Assembly: GCA_034660355.1 (NCBI GenBank)
Contig: JAYEIZ010000160.1
Span: 1-58,733 of the forward strand
Source of the DNA: Nanobdellota archaeon
GTDB lineage: Archaea > Nanobdellota > Nanobdellia > Woesearchaeales > JACPBV01
DNA: 58,733 bases
Direction of reading: 5' to 3'
Shown: positions 1-8,125 of the stretch, piece by piece
Numbering within the stretch: the stretch's first letter is position 1
Layout: each line of letters opens with the position of its first letter
The notes under the pieces: generated by a model
Databases searched by the model: none
The model's input: only the letters and a program-made list of their open reading frames with translations
What the model was told of the DNA's origin: nothing
Program-made: the position numbers and the translations under genes

Positions 1-2937
1 ATTAATTCTAGGCTCTAATACTTTACCCATTTCTATTGCAAGATGTTCTGTGTGAATATCCATTTGTGGGGCTGTATTAAGTCGTATATTTTTAGCCAGT
101 AGAAAATCTTTAGGTTTTACTGAGAATGCTTGTATATTTTCCTGGAAAGGTAAAACTGTATTATTAATATAATTAGCTTGAGCTTTAGCATCTAAACTAT
201 TGTACTCAGCTTGCATTGTGCCTATAGCAGGTAAGACTACCTCTTTAATAATATTTGCTTTAGCAACACTATAAGATATTTTTACAATACCTGCCCCATA
301 TAAGAAAATCATTAAAGGATATTTAGCAAAATTTCTAGGATTAAATAAAGTATCATTATTGAACAGTAGTTTATCTAAAGCATCTGATTTACGTATATAT
401 CCTTGTACTTCTTTTTTGGATACTTCTCTCCGCTTATATGCTATAAACATAGGAACAGATTTTGCTTTAGCTGAAGCTATAACATTACCAGTTACTCTAT
501 ACATATCTGTACGTGGATTTTTCTTAAAGAACCCACTTTCCCACATACGAGCATCTTTAATATTTCTAGTAAAGAATGTAGCTGTTGCATTGAATAAATT
601 CTTAACCTTACTAAACTTTCCCATAGGAAACTGCATTAATCCAATAGCTAGTCCATTGGTTACGCCATCAATTTCAATACCTATATCTGATTGAAAATCT
701 TTACCATTTACATGGTAATCATAATATGAAGCAAGACCTGATAAACCATCTAATATAGATAAATTTTCAATTAAATTATCATTCTTTAATGTATTATCTC
801 CCATCATATGAGGAAGAATTTCTGCAAGTCTGGTATATATTTTTCGATTATATTCTTCTGTAGTATTGCCTTGTTGTATTGCATTAAGTCCTTTTGCAAT
901 ATCCATAAGCTTAACTGATTCAGTAGGTAGTTTAATCTTTAAAGCTATAAGTCTATTAAATTCAGCTTTAACCTCTTTAGGGGTTTTCTTATCATCATTT
1001 TGATTAAGACGCTGTACTACAGCTGCTTGGAATAAATACATATTATCTTCATTATATGTAATTGCTTCATGTGGTTTAAAAAGTATACGAGCAATTTTAC
1101 TATTCTGAGGATTGATTAAACCTTGCATCATTAATCGCATATTTGATGCCATACCATACTTCATATATATAGGGTCATTTAATGTACCATCTTCCAGTGC
1201 TTGAAGAATATTATTTATTTCTTTTTGTTTAGCTTCATTGCTTGCTGTCTTAATGATAACGACATCTTTATGGTCAACACCATCTATGATCTTTTTATCG
1301 CCTGCAATTAGATTAAGAACATCTCTATTAACATCATTTAGTCCTTTAAATAATGACATAGCTGATGCTTTAGTCCATGCAATATTGTGTAATTTACGCC
1401 CAACCTTTTGTATTTTTTTAGGTGGAGCACTATAATTATGTTTCAAGAACTGTAGAGGTTCTTCATTAGGTTTAGTTAATATCTCTGAATTAGGTAAACG
1501 TACTGTCCCTAATTTTTTACCTACATCTAGTATAGTTGTATCTTTATCATGTTTATTAGGATTAGTATAAAACTCTCTCTGAGAAGGGTTTACAGCAACT
1601 TTATTCCCATCTGCATCTTTACCAAAGAATACTGGATTTGCAGTTATTTGGGGCATAGTATATCCAGTTTTGAAAGAATAACGTTCTTCAAACTGATCAT
1701 TATGTTTACGTACTTCTTTAATAAATACTCTTCCTGCATTCTTTGCAGTCTTAAATAATCTCTGTGATTCACCACTTCCTAGAGGAGTGTTATAGTACTT
1801 CCGATAAGCTTTATAGTATGTAACATATGCGTTCTTTACAGTAGGATGATCATTCACATACTGTTGTGCTGTAGGATTACCTATTACAAAATCAAAGAAT
1901 TTAGCTACTATAATATATTTATGTTGTTTATCTTTATTTACTTCAGATGCAAATACATTATTTACTTCCAATGCAGCCATTCCTGCAGCAGACCCAAATT
2001 TATCAAACCATGCTTTAAGACCTTCATTAGTTTCAAGAGCATTCTCCTTAGAAGTATTTGGAGACATTCCTAATAGTTTCTGAACATTACGTCCTACTTG
2101 TGCAGCTGACTGTGAATAACCTGTTCCCATAGTTAATGCTTCTATTTCAAATGCTTCTAATGGAGCTTTATTATCATTAAATAGGAAGTCTGCCATAGAT
2201 TTTACAGACATTGCTCCTGTACCATTAATATCCTCTTCAAACTGTTTAAGAGCAATAGACATAGCTAATTGGAAATGAAGTGGTAAAGCTTCTACATCAC
2301 CTACAGTTTTTTGGAATATAGATAAAGGTTTCTGAATAAGAAATACATCATCAGGTTTTTTAGATTTGTCCGCAGTAGCTACTTTAGCATAACGTTTTTT
2401 AAATGTAGTAAAGTGTTTACTCACATACTTAGATTGCTTCTCATCAAGACCTATTTCTTGTAAAGCTTTTATGAGTCTATCTTCATTACCTTTTTTAAGT
2501 ACTTCTTCTGATATATTAGATAAACTCTTTTTATCAGATTTAATTTTAACTAGTTGATCTACAGAGAGTCCTTGTAGATTAACTGAAGTAGTTAGTTTAC
2601 CTTTACCTGTAACTCTATTTCCCATTACACCTTCTTGACGTAAAAAGTTCTTTTTAAAGTTACTTACTTCAGTAATATCTTTATCTATATCAGCTACTTC
2701 TTTAGATACTTCTTCAGTTGTATCTTTAGACATATCAGATACTTCCTCAGAGCTCTTTACAGCCTCTGTAGATACATTTGCTAACATATTTGCACGTTTA
2801 TCAATTAAACGTTTGTGGAGCAATTCTACAGCCTGTGTAGCAGATAGATCTGGATCAGCTTTGCGTATCTCAGTAATAGATTCTTTAAGGTGATCACTTA
2901 AAGATACAGATGTACTGCAAGAGGTATATGAACCCAT
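1..2937 (-). CDS. Virion-encapsidated RNA polymerase (N4 gp50-like vRNAP), first 979 codons; 3' end runs off the window
   Basis: Missing from the ORF track because no stop is reached. The minus frame is open from ATG 2937 (RBS AAAGGA 8 nt upstream) to base 1. My translation shows T7-type RNAP motif A 'GIEIDGVTNGLAIGLMQ' (coords 631-681) and motif B 'RNFAKYPLMIFLYGAG' (289-336). Its position after the large virion-protein block matches N4 gene order. Confidence 0.8.
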   Translation of the reverse strand, partial: MGSYTSCSTSVSLSDHLKESITEIRKADPDLSATQAVELLHKRLIDKRANMLANVSTEAVKSSEEVSDMSKDTTEEVSKEVADIDKDITEVSNFKKNFLRQEGVMGNRVTGKGKLTTSVNLQGLSVDQLVKIKSDKKSLSNISEEVLKKGNEDRLIKALQEIGLDEKQSKYVSKHFTTFKKRYAKVATADKSKKPDDVFLIQKPLSIFQKTVGDVEALPLHFQLAMSIALKQFEEDINGTGAMSVKSMADFLFNDNKAPLEAFEIEALTMGTGYSQSAAQVGRNVQKLLGMSPNTSKENALETNEGLKAWFDKFGSAAGMAALEVNNVFASEVNKDKQHKYIIVAKFFDFVIGNPTAQQYVNDHPTVKNAYVTYYKAYRKYYNTPLGSGESQRLFKTAKNAGRVFIKEVRKHNDQFEERYSFKTGYTMPQITANPVFFGKDADGNKVAVNPSQREFYTNPNKHDKDTTILDVGKKLGTVRLPNSEILTKPNEEPLQFLKHNYSAPPKKIQKVGRKLHNIAWTKASAMSLFKGLNDVNRDVLNLIAGDKKIIDGVDHKDVVIIKTASNEAKQKEINNILQALEDGTLNDPIYMKYGMASNMRLMMQGLINPQNSKIARILFKPHEAITYNEDNMYLFQAAVVQRLNQNDDKKTPKEVKAEFNRLIALKIKLPTESVKLMDIAKGLNAIQQGNTTEEYNRKIYTRLAEILPHMMGDNTLKNDNLIENLSILDGLSGLASYYDYHVNGKDFQSDIGIEIDGVTNGLAIGLMQFPMGKFSKVKNLFNATATFFTRNIKDARMWESGFFKKNPRTDMYRVTGNVIASAKAKSVPMFIAYKRREVSKKEVQGYIRKSDALDKLLFNNDTLFNPRNFAKYPLMIFLYGAGIVKISYSVAKANIIKEVVLPAIGTMQAEYNSLDAKAQANYINNTVLPFQENIQAFSVKPKDFLLAKNIRLNTAPQMDIHTEHLAIEMGKVLEPRIN

Positions 2938-2960
2938 AATTATTTCCTTTGATTATTTTA

Positions 2961-5945
2961 TTACATACAGTTAAGCATATCTTCAAGCTGAGATATATCT
3001 TTTTCTAAATTAATATATTCTTGATTATTTTTCAATTCCTCAGGGACAGTTAATTTTTCTTGTACATCTTTTAATTGAGTATCTTTTACATCTTTAGTTT
3101 TATGTTCTTGTATAGTTTTCACAGCTTTATCTATATCAGTTTGATGTTCTTCATCACTCTGTACAGGAGCTTCAACTTCTTTAGCTACATCTATATTTAT
3201 ATCTAATGTACTGTCAGGCACATTAAGAGGCATGCTTTCATGAGCATCATATTGTTTCATATATTCATATGCACGTTTACCTAGCTCAGCTTCAGCGTTT
3301 ACAGCAGTAACTAATTTCTTAGACGCTGTTGGATGAACTAGCTGTATATATGAAGCTTGTTCAGATCCTTCTTTAATGTCTTGAGATTTTAGATATTGTT
3401 TCCTTGCATCAACTAATTCTATTCGTTTATTGTCCTGTGTAAATGGTATTGTTGTATCTGTAGAAGTATACTCAACTTTATTGATTTCTCTGTTTCGTTT
3501 ACCTGTAACTACCCAAAAGGATTTACTCTCTCTAGCTTTCTCACTAGAAGTAGTTAATGCTTCAGCTTTATCTTTTCTATTTTGTTTAAATGAATCTACA
3601 TCACTTAGTATAGATTTAATTCTAGCTTTTTTAATACTACGTTCATTATCAGAATCTATAACCTGTTTAATATCACGGTAGTATTGATTAAATCCTGTCC
3701 AGTTACCTTTACCATCTGACACATCAGAAGCAACATTCTTTAGAGATTTAGGTAAATTATTGTAAGCTGTTTCTGCTACTGTATTTGCTTTAGCAGTCAA
3801 CTGTGCAGATTTAATTAAATTCTTTCCTGCGTCTGAAGTATCCCCTTCAGGTAATATATTCTTACCTTCAGCACCATCACTAATACTACCTAATACAGGA
3901 GTTTCTGGAGCACCTTCTAGTATTTTCCTAGTTTGGTTCATTTGTGTTGCAGCTTCATCGTAGGAAGCTTGTTGCTCTGGAGTAAAGTTCTTAGTTAATA
4001 AAGCAGTCTTCATTTCAGCAGCTACTCTAATATACTCTTCTCTAGTAGTTATTTCTGAAGTAGCTGCCTTCATTGTGTCATTAAAAGAAACACTCTCTTC
4101 TTTAGTTAAATCTGTTTTAGGTATATTTGCTTTAGCTTTAGCCTCTGCTTCTTCAATAGCTTTATATCCAGCCATAGTTTGCTGTGCTACTGTAGGTTCT
4201 TTAATAGTTTCTTTTGGTTTCTTAAATGTTTTAGGTTCATTACGTTTTTCATATTTAGCAAACTCTTTAGGAGTAAGTTTACTTAATAGTTCTATTTTAC
4301 GTTCTTTGTATGTATCCAAATCATCTAATGCTTCTACCTCAGTTAATTCTTTTTCAAGTTTTGTATGGGTAGCTTCCATCTCTGTATCTTCAGGACTTGC
4401 AAATATAGCATCATCTGCTTGTTTAAGCTTTTGTTTTATATCTGATTCAGTAGACTTAGTTTTAATACTCTTTTCAGTTTGTTCTAACTTTTTAGTTATA
4501 CCTTTAACTTCTCTATTCCTAAGAGGTATTCTTATAGGGGCAGTAGCTATTTGAGTTGCAACGTTAGCAGCAACCATTCCAGGACCACCTGTAACAATAC
4601 CAGCAGCTTCACTAAGACTAGCTTTGGCTATTCGGTCATAATCTAGTTCTCCTTTACCTGCACTAGAAGCATATTGTTCAGCTACATCTACTACACCACC
4701 AGATACTGCTTCACCACTCACAGCCTGTACAGCTTTAATAGGAGCACGTTTATATATAGGAAGTTCTTTAACTATATTATTTAATTTAGATGGAATATCT
4801 TTTTTAAGGTTTTTTATAATATCCTTATTCCATTTCACTTTAGTAGCAGGAATAATTTTATTAAGATACATAACCTCAAATTTCTCTAATACCATAGAAG
4901 CTGCTGCCCAAGCATCAATAGCAGTTTGTTCTTTCATAGTAGGTTGTTTACCATGCTCTTTAATATACGCAACAGTCATCTCTTGTCGCTTACCTCTAGC
5001 AAGTGTAGTCATTATACCTATTTGAGTTACAGGACCTCCTACACTTAAAGCTACCATAAATGGTATACTATCTATACCTTGACGTATATATGCTGTAGGA
5101 TGGTTAATTACAGCATTAATTATAGCTGCACCTGTACTATTTTCTTTAGAGGTTAGTTCCCACGCTTTATCAGCTAATGCGGCTTCTGAACGATTAACTG
5201 GAACAGCGTCTTTTAACCACTGTCCCGTGTCTTGTATATCTGTATAGTCTTTATTATTTAAAGCTACTTTTGCACTTAATTTTTCTAATTCACTAAAGGT
5301 ATCTGAATTGCTAAATGCTTCTTCTTCTGAGGAGAGTTCCCCAGGATGTTTACTTTTAATAGCTCGGAATATATTTATATCTTTTTGAGATATACCAGGA
5401 GCATTACTTATTAAATTACTTAAGGAAAAATTCTTTGAATTGACTGCAGCAGCTAATGTCAGGTCTCCTGTAGTAGCTCCTAGAGTTTGCTTTCCTATAT
5501 TAATGGCTCCTTGTGCCAATCTATTTTTAATATCTGCTATAGAGTCCGTATATGGAGCTTTATCTATTCTAGCTTGAGCAGAAGAATCACTATATGTTTT
5601 AGCATATGTAGCTAATTTCTTAGAGCCTAGCCCTGAAATAATATTACCTGCAGTATCAACATACGAATATGTACCATTCTCATGGGTACTTATACCTGCT
5701 TCGTCTGTAGTCAATACAGGAGATAATGGTTTAATCGGACTTGTATCTATTTCACCTAAAGAATCAAAAGAAGATGTATCTGCAATATTAGATATTCCAA
5801 AGGAAGCAGTATCTGTTAAATCATCTATACCAAACCTATTAGTTTGCACAGATTGTTTTTGTGTAGCTATATCTTGTTTAGCTTGATTAACTGTAGTAGC
5901 TAAAGTAGCTTTTGCTGCTTGTACTGCTTCATTGTAATTACCCAT
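2961..5945 (-). CDS. Large virion-associated protein (994 aa), function unknown; candidate internal/ejection protein
   Basis: Long ORF ending 23 nt upstream of the vRNAP start. It is K/E/Q/A/T-rich with long coiled-coil-like stretches. No catalytic motif recognised. Confidence 0.55.
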   Translation of the reverse strand: MGNYNEAVQAAKATLATTVNQAKQDIATQKQSVQTNRFGIDDLTDTASFGISNIADTSSFDSLGEIDTSPIKPLSPVLTTDEAGISTHENGTYSYVDTAGNIISGLGSKKLATYAKTYSDSSAQARIDKAPYTDSIADIKNRLAQGAINIGKQTLGATTGDLTLAAAVNSKNFSLSNLISNAPGISQKDINIFRAIKSKHPGELSSEEEAFSNSDTFSELEKLSAKVALNNKDYTDIQDTGQWLKDAVPVNRSEAALADKAWELTSKENSTGAAIINAVINHPTAYIRQGIDSIPFMVALSVGGPVTQIGIMTTLARGKRQEMTVAYIKEHGKQPTMKEQTAIDAWAAASMVLEKFEVMYLNKIIPATKVKWNKDIIKNLKKDIPSKLNNIVKELPIYKRAPIKAVQAVSGEAVSGGVVDVAEQYASSAGKGELDYDRIAKASLSEAAGIVTGGPGMVAANVATQIATAPIRIPLRNREVKGITKKLEQTEKSIKTKSTESDIKQKLKQADDAIFASPEDTEMEATHTKLEKELTEVEALDDLDTYKERKIELLSKLTPKEFAKYEKRNEPKTFKKPKETIKEPTVAQQTMAGYKAIEEAEAKAKANIPKTDLTKEESVSFNDTMKAATSEITTREEYIRVAAEMKTALLTKNFTPEQQASYDEAATQMNQTRKILEGAPETPVLGSISDGAEGKNILPEGDTSDAGKNLIKSAQLTAKANTVAETAYNNLPKSLKNVASDVSDGKGNWTGFNQYYRDIKQVIDSDNERSIKKARIKSILSDVDSFKQNRKDKAEALTTSSEKARESKSFWVVTGKRNREINKVEYTSTDTTIPFTQDNKRIELVDARKQYLKSQDIKEGSEQASYIQLVHPTASKKLVTAVNAEAELGKRAYEYMKQYDAHESMPLNVPDSTLDINIDVAKEVEAPVQSDEEHQTDIDKAVKTIQEHKTKDVKDTQLKDVQEKLTVPEELKNNQEYINLEKDISQLEDMLNCM

Positions 5946-5977
5946 TACCGATTTCCTATTATATGTGTATACATTAT

Positions 5978-7543
5978 TTATTTTATATTATATTTTTCTT
6001 TTAATGCCCCCATAAGTAATTTAGAGGCAGTAATCGGAGGTATCACAGGTAGTTTATTAGTGGTTTCCATTACTCTACTAACAGCATTATCTAATAGGTT
6101 ACCAAGGTTTTTTGATGCGTCCTTTTTAGCTTTTGTAGCTGCCTTATCCTTTTTAAGGAGTTTTTGGGCAGCAGGAGGTAGTTTATAATTATCAGGCATT
6201 GCTCCTCTATTTTTTAAATGCTCTTGTAATTTGGCTTGATTAAGTGGATGTCCATGGAAATCGCTTAAAAGAATAGATTTATCTCCTATATTAATTTGTA
6301 GGCTGTTTCCCCAGCCCCAATTATCATACACAGTAGACATAGTAAGAATACTTTTAATTGCTTTAATTTGCCCCGAAGAAGTCAATTCCCCAGAAGGAAA
6401 TATTTGATCTAAGGTATCTACAAGAGATGATATATTTGAAGTTAAATCTGCATCTGAAATTTTATCTGAACTAAATCTACCTATTTTCCTAGCTGCCTCA
6501 AATATAAATTTAGTTTTGTTTTTAGCGTGAGCAGATGCCTCTTTTTTAGTTACTGTAATATCTTTAATAGCCTGCTCTTCTGTAGCTTTAGTAGCTGCTG
6601 TGTCTACTGTACTGTAACTAGCGGCATTACTACGAGCTTGTTGCATTCTAGGGAGATTATTATTTAATATTTCTTTAGCTTTAGATAATGCTTTACTTTT
6701 ACTAAGTCCAGCTTCCTGTAAACGTTCTGCATATAGTTTATCTATTTTAGTAATATCAGCTGTACGTAACTTTTGTCCTTTATCTAAAGCTTCTGTTAAT
6801 TGGGCACTGTACATAGATAAATCTGTATTTGCAGTAGGTTGCCCAGTAAGAGGATTAATTGTATTTACACTAAAATCGTCAACATCTAAATTAGTATAGA
6901 GTTCTTTATCCAATCTAGCTATTTCTTGTTTAATGTTTTCTGGTATAGGTTTACCATCTACCATAGCTTGCTGTCTGAAAGCTTTAAGTTGCTTTATTTT
7001 ATCCATCGCTGAAGCATCAGAATTAATAAAATCCTTTAAAAAGTTTTGTGCTTCTATTTTACCTGCATCTTTGCGTTCTCTTTGTTGTATATTATAGTCA
7101 TATGCTTCTTGCTGTCTAAGAGCTTCAGCATTCTTCGCTGCTGCATTAGCCATAGATGCTTCATGCCTATCTGTAGCACGTTCTTCTTTTATGCCTCTTT
7201 GACCTAAATCATATGCTTGCTGTTCCTGTTGCTGAGCATAAGAGATATCAGCCCTATCTTGCATAGTTAAACCACGATTAGCTTTATCAATTCTACTTAT
7301 ATCTAAGAATGCTTTAGAGGCATCATTAATCATCTGCTGTCTACTGGCTTCATCAGGTTGAGCGTTTAGTTCAGATATAAAATCTGCTGTCTGAGCATCT
7401 GTGTAATCCTGAGCACCTGATTTAATTCTACTACCTAGATCCTGAAATGCTCCACCTAAGTTTTGCCCAGCTTGATTAAGAGCCTGCATTGCACCTACAT
7501 TATTAGGAGCATTAACTGTCTTCCATGTAATTGGGTTAGCCAT
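5978..7543 (-). CDS. Virion structural/internal protein (521 aa), unknown function
   Basis: Long ORF co-directional with and tightly packed in the structural operon. The central part is Q/A/K-rich and coiled-coil-like. Confidence 0.5.
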   Translation of the reverse strand: MANPITWKTVNAPNNVGAMQALNQAGQNLGGAFQDLGSRIKSGAQDYTDAQTADFISELNAQPDEASRQQMINDASKAFLDISRIDKANRGLTMQDRADISYAQQQEQQAYDLGQRGIKEERATDRHEASMANAAAKNAEALRQQEAYDYNIQQRERKDAGKIEAQNFLKDFINSDASAMDKIKQLKAFRQQAMVDGKPIPENIKQEIARLDKELYTNLDVDDFSVNTINPLTGQPTANTDLSMYSAQLTEALDKGQKLRTADITKIDKLYAERLQEAGLSKSKALSKAKEILNNNLPRMQQARSNAASYSTVDTAATKATEEQAIKDITVTKKEASAHAKNKTKFIFEAARKIGRFSSDKISDADLTSNISSLVDTLDQIFPSGELTSSGQIKAIKSILTMSTVYDNWGWGNSLQINIGDKSILLSDFHGHPLNQAKLQEHLKNRGAMPDNYKLPPAAQKLLKKDKAATKAKKDASKNLGNLLDNAVSRVMETTNKLPVIPPITASKLLMGALKEKYNIK

Positions 7544-7553
7544 AATATATTCC

Positions 7554-8057
7554 TTATCTAACTACTTGAAGTGCTGCAGCACGAGCAGGATCATTATAGA
7601 AAGCACTATTAAGCATTGCTTGTCTATCTCTAATCTGATTATTAACTGTAGTACGTTGAGCTGCATAGTTCTGATCATATTGACGTTTATTTTCAGCTAA
7701 CTCATTTTCAGCTATACCAATACCTTTAAGTGCTGCCCATCCTTTAGCAAGAGAACCTACACCACCCATAACATTACCAGCCATATTCAAAGTATCTAAT
7801 CCAAATATTGAATCTCTACCTTTACCTGTATTTAAACTAGGGTATCCTGGTTGACCTAGATTAGATAGGGTTGGTCCAGGCTGTCCTCCCATTACTTCTG
7901 AGGTATTAGGAATATACTCTGGAGCACTAGGAGCTAATGACATATTCTGCATCCAGTTATATCGAGAACTCCCTGTAGAGGGCATTGCTGCATAACTATT
8001 CGGATTAAAGCGATTAGACTGCATTGGTGCATTTGGGTTAATCTGTAGATTATTCAT
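7554..8057 (-). CDS. Hypothetical structural protein (167 aa; N/G/M/P-rich)
   Basis: ORF with RBS (TAGGAGAC) upstream of ATG 8057, inside the structural operon. Confidence 0.5.
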   Translation of the reverse strand: MNNLQINPNAPMQSNRFNPNSYAAMPSTGSSRYNWMQNMSLAPSAPEYIPNTSEVMGGQPGPTLSNLGQPGYPSLNTGKGRDSIFGLDTLNMAGNVMGGVGSLAKGWAALKGIGIAENELAENKRQYDQNYAAQRTTVNNQIRDRQAMLNSAFYNDPARAAALQVVR

Positions 8058-8088
8058 AGTAGTCTCCTAAATAAATTTATTTAATAAT

Positions 8089-8125
8089 ACATATATAATA
8101 TTAAAATGTCTAATATTATATATGT
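8089..8125 (-). terminator. AT-only 14-bp perfect inverted repeat (weak terminator/attenuator or processing hairpin)
   Basis: acatatataatatt (8089-8102), 9-nt spacer, aatattatatatgt (8112-8125). The right arm overlaps the last codons of the 968-aa gene. On the minus strand it is followed by a U-rich run. Confidence 0.25.

Noticed and set aside
359-2073. Four short plus-strand track ORFs (359-694, 1238-1435, 1549-1758, 1846-2073)
   Set aside because: They lie antisense to a 979-codon uninterrupted minus-strand frame carrying RNAP motifs A and B. Their products are low-complexity with no RBS. They are shadow ORFs.
3430-4554. Plus-strand ORFs 3430-3681 and 4075-4554 (and 5919-6188, 9203-9445, 10458-10649, 14024-14704 and similar)
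   Set aside because: All lie antisense within long, tightly packed minus-strand structural genes. Their Ser/Leu-rich low-complexity translations are typical of shadow frames.
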